Positions 37,601 through 49,972 of a stretch of DNA of 64,000 nucleotides are shown in pieces (position 1 is the stretch's first letter; each line of letters opens with the position of its first letter). The stretch is taken from positions 85,686,001-85,750,000 of the forward strand of contig NC_045697.1 in NCBI RefSeq assembly GCF_009834535.1, written 5' to 3'. Both the position numbers and the translations under genes were made by a program. The stretch comes from Camelus ferus (taxonomy: Eukaryota). Under the pieces are notes generated by a model that saw only the letters and a list, made by a program, of their open reading frames with translations, ran no database searches and was not told the origin of the DNA.

Positions 37601-40600
37601 TTCATAGTATTTTCTTATGAATTTCTTGTATTTCTGTGGTATCAGTTGTTATTTATCCTCTTTCATTTCTTATTTTGTTTATTTGGGCCCTCTTTATTTT
37701 ATTCTTGGTGAGCCTGGCTAAAGGATTGTCAGTTTTGTTTATCTTTTCAAAAAAAAAAAAAAAAACCATCTCTTGGTCTTACTCATTTTTCTCTAGAGGT
37801 TTTTTTTTGTTTTTTTGATCATTATTTCCTCTCTGAATTTTAATATTTCCATCCTTCTGCTGACTTTGGGATTTGCTTATTCTTCTTTGTCTAATTTTTT
37901 AGATGGTAGTTTAGGTTGTTTATTTGAGATTTTTCTTGTTTCTTGAAGAAGGTCTGTATCACTATGAACTTCCCTCTTAGAACAGCTTTTGCTGTATCTC
38001 ATAGAATTTTGTAAGGTTGTGTCTTCATTGCCATTTATCTCAAGGTATTTTCTGATTTCTTCTTTGATTTTATCATTGACCAATGGTTTTTTAGTAACAT
38101 GTTGTTTAGTCTCCATGTGTTTATTCTGCTCCTGTTTTTTCATTTTGTGGTTGATTTCTAATTTCATACTGTTGTGGTCAGAAAGGATGCTTGAAATAAT
38201 TTCTATCCTTTAGAAATTGTTGTGGCTTGTTTTGTGACATAGTATGCGGTCTATCCTAGAGAATGTTCCATACACCCTTGAAAAGTATGTGCATTGTGAG
38301 TTTTTTTATTGTTTGTCCTTGATGTAGTATCCTGTAGCTATCAATTAAGTCCATTTAGTCTGTTGTGTCATTTAATACCACTGTTGCCTTATTGATTTTC
38401 TTTCTGGATGATCTGTCCATTGATGTCAGAGGGGTGTTAAAGTCTTCTACTATTATTGTATTATTTTCCATTTTTCCTTTTATGGCTGCTAGTACTTGTT
38501 TTGTATATTTAGGTGCTCCTATATTGAGTGTGTATATGTTAACAAGTGTAATATTCTCTTCTTACATTTATCCCTTTATTTATTGTATTATTATTAACCG
38601 TTCTTTGTCTTCCTTTATGGACTTTCTTTTAAAATCTGTTTTGTCTGATAGGAGTACTGCTACCCCTGGTTTCTGGTCATTTCCATTTTCATGAAATAGC
38701 TTTTTCCAACCCCTCACTTTCAGTCTGAGTGTCTTTTTCCCTAAAGTGAGAGTCTCTTGTATGCAGCTTATTGAAGTTCTTGTTTTTTTTTATCCAAACA
38801 TCCATTTTATCTTTTGATCAGAGCATTTAGTCCATTGATATTTAAAGTAATTTTTGATACACATGTATTTATTGCCATTTTATTACTTGTTTTCTAATTT
38901 TTTGGTACTTCTTTTTCATTTCTTTTTGATTTTCCTTTTGTGGTTTAATGATTTTCCTTTGCAGTATGCTTGAGCTCTCTCTCTCTCTTTTTTTTTTTTT
39001 TTTTTTGGTTTGTTTTTGGTTTTTGTGAACTATTGCATATTTTTAGTTTGTACATACCATGGAGTTCAAGTATGTTGACCCATATCTGTATCTACTTGCT
39101 TTAAACTGATAGTCATTCAAATTCAAACATTCTAAAATATCTAAACTTTTTTACTCCCCTTCTCTACATTTTGTGATTTTGGTATTCTACTTTACATCTT
39201 CATGCTTATCCTTTTACTGTTGTTGTACTTATAATCACTTTTACAAAATTTTTTATTGTTTTTTAATCTACATCCTGGCTTAAGTTACCGTTGATCCTTT
39301 TATATAGTTGCCTTTCCTATTGTGATTTTCCCCTTTCCTATAGCTTCTTGCTTCTTTACTATGTAGAGAAGATGCTTTACTATTTCCTTTTGAATAGGTC
39401 TAGTGTTGCTGAGTTCTTTTAGTTTTTGTTTGTCTGAGAAATTCTTTATTTTTCCTTCTATTCTAAATGGTTATCTTCCTGGATGGAATATCCTCAGTTG
39501 CAGGTTCTTCCCCTTCAGGACTTTGAATATTACTATGCTACTCCCTTCTGGCCTGTAAAGTTTCTGCAGAGAATCAGCTGATAGCCTTATGGGGGTTCCT
39601 TTTTAACTCTTTGTTTTTCTCTTGCCACCTGTAGAATCTTGTCTTTATCTTTCATTTTTGCCATTTTAATTACGATATGTCTTGGTGTGGGTCTGTTTGG
39701 GTTCATCTTGTTTGGGACCCTCTGTGCTTTCTGTAGCTGGCTATCTGCTTCCTTCTTAAATTTGGGAAGTTTCAGCCATAATTTCTTCAAATACATTTTT
39801 AAAATCTCTCTCTCTTCTCCTTCTGGAACCCTCATTATGCATAGTTTGGCATGTTTTATATTATCCTATATGTCTCATGTTGCTTTCATTTTCAATTTGT
39901 GTTTCTGTCTGCTGTTCTGATTGGTGATTTCCATTGTTCTATCTCCAAATCAATTACTCATTCTTCTGTGTCATTTAATCTGCTATTCATTGCTTCTAGA
40001 TTAATTTTTATTTCAGCAATTGAATTGTTTTTTTTTTGACTGGTTCATCTGTATGGGTTCTAGTTCACTGTTACAGTGATCTGCATTTCTATTGATAATC
40101 TTTCTTTATTCAGTTAGAATTTTTATTACCACCTTTTGAACTTGCAGTCTAGTAGACTGGTGAGCTCTGTTTTATTATTTGTTCTTTCAGGGGATTTGTT
40201 CTTTCAGGGAATTTCTTTTAATTGGTAATATTTCTTCTGCATTTTTATTTTATTTAACTTTCTCTGCCTCTGTGAATTTAGGAGAAACTGTTATCTACTG
40301 TGGTCTTGAAGGGGTGTTTTTATGTGGGAGCATCTGTGTGTAGCTTGTATGTGTCCAAAGTCTTTGGTGCAAGGCTGTTTTGGGTATGGACTCTGGGCAC
40401 ACATTTCCTCAGGATGTGCTGGACATTATACCTTGATAGGGTATGGTTGATGCAGGGGCATTTAGAGTCTATTCAGGTTGTAATGCAGGGCTTTCTCTGT
40501 TCCATGACTGTCACTGCCTTGTCAAAGATGGGATCTGCTCCCCAGCTTTTGGAACAGAAGCTCTGAGGGTCAAGTTCTTTCAGTCATCATTGTCCTTGAG

Positions 40601-41718
40601 TGTGTGCTCTTTCCCAAATGAGTTGACTGCTAAAACAGATGAGGATTGTGCGGTTACAGAGGACCTATGCTCCACCTATATAGGTGTCTGCAGTTCCACT
40701 CAGAGGCAACCCAAGATTGCATCCCTTTTTCTGTTGTGTTTGTCCCAGATCTAGTGCAAATCTGTGCTGTGGAGTTGGCCAGGGCTGAGAGTCAGGGAGT
40801 TGTGGCACAGGAAATTAGGTGGCTGTATGACAACCTGAAATTTGGGCTACCTCTCTAGCAGGCCTATCCCGGGACTCGTCTGCCCAAATCTAGTGCTAAG
40901 TTGCAGTGTGGAGTGGGTTGAGCTGGGCTGCTCTCACTGGGAGATGGACTGCTGCATACTTCTTAGCATGCTTTCAGTGGCCACAGTCACGCTACCTGGA
41001 CCATGCCCCAGGCCCTCCAGGCTATCTCTCTGTAGCTAGATAAAGTCCTGTCGCAGCGCCTGTCTGCCCGAAATTCAGTGCATAGTCCCGTCCTGCTTTT
41101 GTTGCAGAACCTCATGCACATGCTGACAATGGCCACATTCTCCCCACCTGGATCACACCCCAGGCACTCCAGTATGTCTCTATGCAGCTAGAATAAGTCT
41201 CTTCCCAGATCAGAACATCTTCTCAGGTGTTCATGCCTTAGGTTTGAGGAGTGCAGTGAGGCAGCAGCTGCCAGTGTAAGGTTCCCTCTGCCTTTATTGT
41301 TGGCAAGCCAACATAAGCATGCTCCTTGAAAGTGGAGTCTAGGTTTCTCCAGCCCTTCTGTCTGTCCCAGCGGATTTCCAGCAAGCAAGGGGGCTTGTCT
41401 TCTCCACACAGAACCCCAGGACTGGGATGCCCAGATTGTTGCTTGACGTGGTCTTTCTCCAGGGTAAGATCCAGCTGTATAGACCTTCTCTTCCGTATAG
41501 ATTCCTCCTAGAGGCTGAGGTCCCAACCCGATGCCTTTTATTTCCATCCTACCCAGTTACATTGAGATCTTTCTTGCAGCTTTAGTTGTATGAGTTCTTC
41601 TGCAAGTTTCCAGTTTCCCATGAGAATTGTTCCACATGTAGATGTATTTTTGATGTGTATTTTGATGGTGGGAGGTGAGCTCCATGTCTTCTACTCCACC
41701 ATGTCTTGCTCTCCCTCC
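34630..41718 (-). mobile_element. Full-length intermediate-age LINE-1 nested in the older L1
   Basis: 3'UTR 'ttttaattgaagtatagttgatt' ~34655; decayed ORF2 to ~38877; ORF1 (39587-39835 ..PNRPTPRHIVIKMAK); 5'UTR to ~41718; host ORF2 resumes in register afterwards. Confidence 0.9.
36098..36189 (-). mobile_element. tRNA-derived SINE (camelid Vic-1-like), short form
   Basis: Sense gggaatgggtatagttcagtggcagagcacatgcttagcatgcaagaggtcctggattcaatccccagta, with A/B boxes and an A tail; TSD ctctattctgtt (36086-36097) / ttctattctatt (36190-36201). Confidence 0.88.
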
Positions 41719-43000
41719 TTCTCTTGTTATTGATTTCATGACATTATGGTCAGAGAACATATTTGGTATGATTTCAGTCTTCTTGAATTTGCCAAGACTT
41801 GTTTGTGGCCTAACATATGGTCTATTCTAGAAAACGTTCCATGTGCTTGAAAAGAATGTATATTCTGTTGCTGGACAGAATTTTCTGTATGTGTTTATTA
41901 GGTTCATTTGTCTGTAGTTGTTCAAATCTGATGTTTCCTAACTGATTCTCTTTCTGGAAAATCTAGCCATTGTTGAGAATGAGGATATTAAAGTCCCCAA
42001 CTATTATTGTATTGCTGTTTATTTCTCCTTTTAGTTCTTTTACCATTTGTTTTATATATTTGGTTGCTCTCATGTTGGGTGAATATTTATGATTGTTATA
42101 TATTTTTGATGGACCCCTTTATTATTATTTAATGACTTTGTCTCTTACGATTTTTAGTTTAGGGTCTATTTTGTCTGATATGATTATAGCTACTCTTGCT
42201 TTTTGTTTATTTGTTTTTTGAATTACCAAATATCTTCTTCCATTCCTGTAATTTGTCTTTGTGTGCCTTTAAAGCTAAAGTGAGTCTTTTGTAGATAATC
42301 ATTGGATCTTGGTTTTTTGTTTTGTTTTGTTTTTAGCCATTCAGCTGTTCTGTGTCTTTTTATTGGAGAATTTATCCATTTATGTTTAAAATAATTATTG
42401 ACAGGTAAGGGTGTACTATTGTCATTTTGTTCATTGTTTTCCTTTTTTTTCTTTTTGGAGATCCATTATTTCTTCTTATCTTGAGGCTTATGTAAAATAT
42501 TTTAAAATTATAATAGCCTATTTTAGACAAAGTTAACAACTTAACTTTGATAGCATTACTAACCTTTACACTTCTCCCCTTACATTTTAGGTTGTTGATA
42601 TTATTGTTTACATATATTTTATATGGTGTACCTAATAACAGATTATTTTAGTTATCATACTTTTCAATAATTTTTTAACTTTTTAACTAGAGTTGTAAGT
42701 GAAATACATCATCATTACCATATTAGAGAATCTAACTTTGACTATATCTTTACAATTACTGGTAAATTTTACACTACTTTTATATGTGTTTACAAAGTGA
42801 ATTAGCATCCTTTTATTTCCATTCAAAGAACTCCCTTTAGGATGTCTTTTAAGTCAGGACTAGTAGTGCTGAACTCCTTTAGCTTTTTTGTTTGTTTGGG
42901 TAAGCCTTTATCATTTATGAAGAATAGCTTTGCTGGGCATAGTGTTCTTAGTTGACTTTTTTCTCAATATTTTGAATATATTATCACATACCTTTATTAT
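41719..43000 (-). mobile_element. Continuation of the older host LINE-1 (EN domain, spacer, ORF1 C-terminus)
   Basis: 'gttattgatttcatgacattatggtcagagaacat..ttctagaaaacgttccatgtgcttgaaaagaatg' continues the ORF2 interrupted at 34629. Confidence 0.85.
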
Positions 43001-43695
43001 AGTTTAAGTTTTTAATTCTTGTTTTCCTTCCCATCCTCTGTCTTTTGCCCTTTTTGGGGGGCATATCTATTCTTCCTTGGGTACTTGTAATTCAGTGTCC
43101 ATTCTTGAGATTTTTTTGTCTTTCACTTCAGTTTTTGTCCCTAGTTTGGTTGAATACATTCATATCTTCCTCTGGTTTTCCATTTCTGTTTTCAGACTTT
43201 GAACTTAAAATTTATGCCATTCTCTAATATCAGCGGTTATGTGTTCAGTGATATTAAATTTATTTTGCAAAATTTTGTTACACTTTCTGTGCCTCATGTT
43301 TCCTTTTAGGTTATCATGCACCAAAATGTCTCAATAATAATTTTCTGCTGTATAATTATCAGAATTTTAGTAGGTGTTGAATGTCTTGTTTTTTCTGTTC
43401 GTATTTATTTGTGTTGCATTTTCCTGAAGCAGCAATAATAGCAGGAGGGGAGTTTGGGTGACTAACTCAATTCCTTACTTTATGAATGTTCTCTAATTTT
43501 GCTACAGTGAGTACAGTCTTTTAAATAAATATTTTTTGTTGTTGCTGTTGCTATTTTGTATTTTTCCTTGTTTGTACATCCTTTATTGTATATTATTTTA
43601 GTAGGATATTTTATCTTTTCTCACCTTCTTTTTTTTTCCTCACTAGCAAACATTCATGGCTACCTCTGTCTTCCAGGGAAGGAACAGTACCCTCC

Positions 43696-43895
43696 TGTAA
43701 TGGTTATCCATGGCTGCATAATAATCATTTCAAAACTTGATGTTTAAAAATAATATTGGCTTAAGATTTTGTGGGTTATCTGGGAAGGGAAGAACTCAAC
43801 TGGGACAGCTTGTCTGTGCTTCATGTGTTGTCCCCTGGGTTCACTTATGCAAGTGCAGTTTGGGCTGGAGGACCCAAGATGCCTTTGGTGACTTC
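43696..43895 (-). mobile_element. Old MaLR LTR fragment (MLT1H-J-like)
   Basis: 'tgtaatggttatccatggctgcataataatcatttcaaaactt..gggctggaggacccaagatg'. Confidence 0.55.
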
Positions 43896-44324
43896 TGCTA
43901 AGATGACTAATATCTGTATCTGAACACTGTATAAATTTTAAAATTTCAAATCCTTTTTACTCATAAGATTTTAACCTAAATCCAAGATTTTAAGAATTTC
44001 CCAGTTTCAAATAGGAAGTAATTGTTCTTATTCCAAAGATGAAAATACAGTGCACATAGAAATTAAGTGGTGCTAAATCAGTGGAGAAAGAATATCTTCC
44101 TTATTAATGTCCCCCAGGTAACGATTAAACATCTGCTCAGTGGGTTAAAGATAACTCATTCTTTTTCCCTTGCCTAGGTATAGATTTGGAGTATGTGTTG
44201 CCTTGGGAACAAAAGGGAATTTGGTTAGCCTGTCTGGAAAGTAGGGTATTATCTAGTCAGGTGGCTACAACATCCTTACTTGTTGACAAAGATTTATAGT
44301 GTTTCATTAGGATTAAAATCTCTC

Positions 44325-44474
44325 ATTACTCAAAGTGGTTTGTGAGTCAGCAGTGTTAACATCATCTGGGAGCTTGTTAGAAATACAGAATCTCAAGTCC
44401 TACAGAATCATAATCTTCATTTTAATAAGATCCATAGTGGATTCCTGTGCATATTAAAATTAGGGAGTCACTGG
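44325..44474. mobile_element. MER5A hAT-Charlie MITE
   Basis: 'tactcaaagtggt..catcatctgggagcttgttagaaatacagaatctca..cattttaataagatcc..gcatattaaaatta..cactgg'. Confidence 0.8.
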
Positions 44475-45029
44475 TATAATCTGTTTTTGAAAAAGCTGAA
44501 CCTATGGTTAACCCCATAAGAAAGGTGTCTGTTCAGGCATGATTGCATTTAATCATAACTTATAAAACAGTTTTTTCAAAATAATGAAGTCTATAAATTA
44601 TCATTAAAGACACTGTTAAAATATGCAGAAATGAAGATAGCCTTTGCCTCTAAAGAATGCTATAGAATAGAACAAGAGAAAAAATACAAACATATAATCT
44701 CAGTACAAGGCATTTAGGGATACTTTCTGTACAAGAGCTACAGATTATAAAGGGAGGGCAGCTCTGAGAGAGATCAAGGAAGACTACATGTAGGAGTTAG
44801 CATTTGAACTGGTTTTACCAAAGATAAACAGAAGTAAAGCAAAGTAAATTATGGTGAGCAAATCCTTAATAGGAAAATGTAAGCTATTTATCTAAAACAC
44901 AGGGTACTTATAAAGGAACATAAACAAAAGCTAGAAAGGTATGATAAGACCAGATACATTATCGGTTTCCTCCCAGCTTAGTATTCTCTTCTCATGATAA
45001 CAACCAGTATCCCAATGTGTAGGGTATGT

Positions 45030-45210
45030 AAGCAGTTTGTGGTAAAGGAAATGGATTTTAAAACTAGACCAACTTGGATTGAAATCTTAGTCGTGCCTCT
45101 TATTAGATACAGGTCCTTGGCTAAGTCACTTCAACACTTAGCCTCATTGAGCATTGGTTGTATTAATTCATGCATGTAAAATATCTAGCACAATGTCTGG
45201 TACATAATTA
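45030..45210 (+). mobile_element. MIR SINE
   Basis: 'ttggattgaaatcttagt..gtccttggctaagtcacttcaac..tagcacaatgtctggtacata'. Confidence 0.6.
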
Positions 45211-45494
45211 CTCCATAGCATTATTTTCTTCACGTGGGTTTTGACATCTTGTCAGCTAGGTCACATGCCAAATGGAGCAGTAAAATTTTCAGATGTACCT
45301 TGGCCTTCAATTTATGTGCTCTAGAGTTCTAGAAATCCCAAGTAGAAATGGAAGAAAAGTAAAGAATGTATTTCTATCTCTCCGACAAAAGACAGTACAA
45401 TTCCCTAACTGGAAGTAATGTAAAATGCTTCATGCCTTAGGTATGGAATCATTTGATGTTAGAGGTTCTAACTATGATAAAATATTAAGCCCCA

Positions 45495-45640
45495 AAGCTG
45501 ATTTCATTTTTTCATCTGTAAAATGAGAATAAAGCCTATTTCTCAATGCTGATAGAAGGATAAGATTACATGTATATTTTTATATTATGCAACACAGGGC
45601 CTAGCATGTAGTAAACATTCAATGAATGATAGCTATGATC
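45495..45640 (+). mobile_element. MIR SINE 3' part
   Basis: 'ttcatctgtaaaatgagaataaagcctatttctca..gggcctagcatgtagtaaacattcaatgaatgatagcta'. Confidence 0.65.
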
Positions 45641-46269
45641 ATGATGATGGTGATTACTTTACATCAGTAAACTGGATAAGTAGCATTTATCCTAATTCTA
45701 CTTGACAACACCCCTTGTCCAGCTGTATAACAAAGCATAGTGGAACCTATAAGATTTAACAATGCTTAAACTTTTCTGTCTCTTTGAGCCCTGCAATGCC
45801 TTCAGCAGGGTGACCTTGGGAAGTTTCTTAAAATGTTTTTCTGTCTCACCACTGACATCATCTTTGACAAGATCGTAAACAATCTCTACCTCAGTAAATC
45901 CAGTGGTAGAGTCTTGGTCCTCATCTTACTGAACCTTTTGGCAGCATTTTTCAAAGTTGATTGCTCTCTCCTTGACACACTTCCTGTTGTTTCAGTGACA
46001 CCACTCTTCCTGGTCTCCTCTTCTACATCCATATAACTTACGGCTTTTTCTACCACACTTTCATGATTGCTTCTTTTTTTCTTGACCTCTCCATGTGGAG
46101 TACTCCAGGGATAGGCATCAGCTCCTTTCTCTCCTTTATCTACACTAGTTCCTGCTGATTGATTTCAGAGCCATGGCTTTCAAAGTAATAATATACAGAC
46201 AAGTACCAAATGTACATCTCTAACCCTGGCCTCTTCCTAAGCTATAGACTCATATTCTGTATCCAATTT

Positions 46270-46643
46270 ATCAGCCTGTTTCCTAGGGCTGCTGTACCAA
46301 ATTACCACAAATTTAGTGGCTTAAAATAACAGAAATAAATTTTCTCACAGGTCTAGAAGCCAGATGTCTGAAATCGAGTTGTTTGCAGGGCTGCCCTCTG
46401 CCTCCATCTTCATGGCCTTCTCCCCTTTTTTCCTGTGTCTGTGTCTTCTCCCCTTCTGGCTCTTATAAGGATACTTGCCATTAAATTTAGGGTATACCCC
46501 AGTAATCGAGAAGTATCTCATCTAGAGATCCTTGACTTAATTACATCTTCCAATATCCTTTTTCCAAATAAGGTCATAGTCACAGGTTCCGGGGGTTAGG
46601 ATGTAGACATACCCTTTTTAGGGGCCACCATTCAACCTACTAC
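46270..46643 (-). mobile_element. MaLR solo LTR (MLT1B/C-like) inside the L2
   Basis: 'tttcctagggctgctgtaccaaattaccacaaatttagtggcttaaaataacagaaat..tttccaaataaggtcat..ggggccaccattcaacctactaca'. Confidence 0.85.
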
Positions 46644-47136
46644 ATAACTCCTCTGTGGGCTCTACTTTCAAATATCTCCCAAATCCAACAATCTTCCACC
46701 ATCTTCACAGCTTCCAGGCCAGTTGAAGCCACCATCGTCTCATGTCTAGACTCTGCACACCTACTTAACTGGTCTCTCTGCCTCTGATTTTCCATAGTCT
46801 ATTCTTTCTGCACAGCAGTCAAAGTGGTCTTTTAAAATCTAAGTGGAATCACATCGCTTCCCTCTTCAAATTTCTCTAACATTTCCCATCATACTAAAAA
46901 CAAAATTCAAAGTCCTCATCAAAGGCCTCCAAGGCCTTGCAGGGTCTGGCCCCTGACCACTATTCCAAACTCATCTACCACCAGCCTCCCTGATTACTCT
47001 GCTTCAGTCACAGTGATTTCTTGCTCTTCCTTGATGACACCAAGTATCATCAGGAATCAGGGACATATTTCCTCCCAGATCTCTACCAGGTTCCCTCTCT
47101 TACTTCTTTCAAGTTGCTGTTCAAATAGCATGCCTT

Positions 47137-48190
47137 TATTTTATTTTATTGTATTTTTACATTATATTCCCAGGACTTATAGCTGGAAGTTTGTACCTTT
47201 TGATCAACTTCACCCATTTCACCCCTCCCCCTGCCCCCCACCTCTCCCACCACCAATCTGTTCTCTGTATCTATGAGTTCAATGTTTATTTTTAAGATTC
47301 CACATATTAGTGAGATCATATGGTATTTATCATTTTCTGACTTATTTCACTTAGCATAATGCCCTCAAGTTCCATCCATGTTGGCACAAATGACAGAATT
47401 TCCTTCTTTATGGTTGAATAATATGCCAGTGTGTTTGTGTACATATTTGCATGCACATTTGCACGTGTGTTTGCCACATTGTCTTTATCCATTCACTCGT
47501 CGGTGGACAGCTAGTTTGTTTTCATGTTTTGGCTGCTATGAGTAATGCTGCAATGTACATAGGGGTGCAGGTATCTTTTCAAAATAGTGATTTTGTTTTC
47601 TTTGAATAAATACCCAGAAGTAGAATTCCTGGATCATATGGTAGTTCAAATTTTAATTTTTTGAGGAAACTCCATACTGTTTCCCATAGAGGCTATATGA
47701 TTTTACATTTCCACCAATAGCACACAGGTGTTCCCTTTTCTTCATATCTTCACAACACTTGTTATTTCTTGTTGTTTTGTTGATAGCTGTACTCACAGGT
47801 ATGAGATGATAATCTCATTGTGGTTTTGGTTTGCATTTCCTTCATAATTAGTGATGTTGAGCCCTTTTCATGTACCTGCTGGGCATCTGTATGTTGTCTT
47901 TGGAAAAATGCCTATTCACATCTTCTGCCCATTTTAAAATCAGATTGTTTGTGTGCTTTGCTATTGATCTATATGGGTTCTTAGTATCTTTTGGATACTA
48001 GCCCCTTATCAGATATACGGTTTGTAAATATTTTCTCCCATTCCATAGGTTGCCTTTTTATTTCATCAATGGTTTTCTTTGCTATGTAGAAGCTTTTTGG
48101 TTTGATATAGTCCTGCTTGTTTATTTTTATTTTGTTGCTTTTGCCTTTGGTGTCAAATCCATGAGATCATTGCCAAGTCCACTGTCAAGG
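47137..48190 (-). mobile_element. 5'-truncated LINE-1 (L1MA-like) inside the L2
   Basis: TSD atagcatgcctt (47125-47136) / acagcatgtctt (48191-48202); L1 3'UTR plus ORF2 C-terminus. Confidence 0.88.
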
Positions 48191-48824
48191 ACAGCATGTC
48201 TTAAAGAGGCTCTCTCAGGACTCTCCTTCTAAATAGACTTGCCTGGGCACTCTTTATCACCTTGTTATCCTTTACTTTTCTCTATAACACCTGATGTCAT
48301 ATGTGCCCTTTTACTGCTCCTTGTATGTCTGTATGTCTACTTCTCAAGAGCTGGGGCTTCATCTTGTACACCTGTTTCTACAGTACCTACAGCAGTCTCT
48401 GAAAGATCATAGAAATTTCAAAATTATTTTTTGAATAGATGAATGAATGAATGAGAGAATATTCCTCATAAAAGACCAAAGAGGCAAGAGATTTTGGAGT
48501 AGTGATGGAGGCATATTAATCTAGGATGTACTTTATTTTATGTATCTATTAATTTAATCTTCAACTTGCAAAACAGATAAATAGGCAGTTTTCCCCTTAT
48601 TTTTCCTTTTCCTTTTTGGAAATTAGATGATGGATCTTAGACATTTAGTGTTAATCTGAACAATGAGAGTGAAATGAAAACTTGAGGTAACTATCTAATT
48701 CAGAATACAGAACATTTGTCACTTCAACTATCTGAATGTTCAAAAATGTTTTAAGAAAGCTTAAAATATTTCAATAGCAGCTTGAGTTGCTTTATAAATA
48801 CTTGAAAAAGAGCATGTATTAATT

Positions 48825-49972
48825 TTTTTTAAATTGAGGTATAGCCAGTTTACAATGTGTCAATTTCTGGTGTACAGCACAATGCATCAGTCATACATGA
48901 ATATACATATATTCACTTTCATATTCTTTCTCACCATAAGCTATTACAAGATATTGAATATAATTCCCTGTGCTACACAGTATAAACTTGTTTATCTATT
49001 TTATATATATTAGTCAGTATCTACAAATCTTGATCTCCCAGTTTATCCCTTCCCACCCACTTCCCCCTGGTAACCTTGTGTGTTTCTATGTCTGTGAGTC
49101 TGTTTCTGTTTTGTAAAGAAGTTCATTTGTCTTTTTTTTTTTTAGATTCCACATATAAGTGATATCATGGTATTTGTCTCTCTTTCTGGCTTACTTCACT
49201 TAGGATGACATTCTCCAGGGCCATCCATGTTGCTGCAAATGGCATTATTTTATCATTTTTATGGCTGAATAGTATTCCATTGTATAAATATACCACAGCT
49301 TCTTTATACAGTCACCTGTCGATGGACATTTAGGTTGCTTCCATGTCTTGGCTACTGTAAACAGTGCTGCTATGAACATTGGGGTGCATGTATCTTTTGG
49401 AATTAAGGGTCCCTCTGGATATATGCCCAGGAGTGGGGTTGCTGGATTATATGGTAAGTCTATTTTCAGTCTTTTGAGGAATCGCCATACTGTTTTCCAC
49501 AATGGCTGCACCAAACTGCAGTCCCACCAACAGTATAGGAGGATTCCCTTTTCTCCACACCTTCTCCAGCATTTATTATTTGTGAACTTTTCAATGATGG
49601 CCATTCTGACTGGTGTGAGGTGATACCTCATTGTAGTTTTGATTTGCATTTCTCTGATAGTGATATTGAGCTTTTTTTCATGTGCCTATTGGCCTTTCAT
49701 ATGTCTTCATTGAAGAATTGCTTATTTAGGTCTTCTGCCTATTTTTGGATTGGGTTGTTTGGTTTTTTTTTTTTACTTTGTTAAGTTGTATGAGCTGTTT
49801 ATATATTCTGGAAATTAAGCCATGTCAGTCTCATCTTTTGGAAATATTTTCTCCTATTCTGTAGGTTGTCATTTTGTTTTGGTTATGGTTTCCTTTGCTG
49901 TGCAAAAACTTGTAAGTTTAATTAGGGCCCATTTGTTTATTTTTGCTTTTATTTCTATTGCCTGGGTAGACT
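48825..49972 (-). mobile_element. Young 5'-truncated LINE-1
   Basis: 16-bp TSD agagcatgtattaatt (48809-48824) / agaacatgtattaatt (49973-49988); ORF2 C-terminus [29 protein letters not shown] (49245-49649). Confidence 0.95.

Larger units (their letters stand above)
45830..48453 (+). mobile_element. LINE-2 3' portion (RT remnant to tail), interrupted by an MLT1 LTR and an L1
   Basis: 45833-46036 translates to ..DKIVNNLYLSKSSGRVLVLILLNLLAAFFKVD, similar to the L2 RT motif KVTNDL..VLILLDLSAAFDTVD; ends in (tgaa)n at ~48440-48453. Confidence 0.8.
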
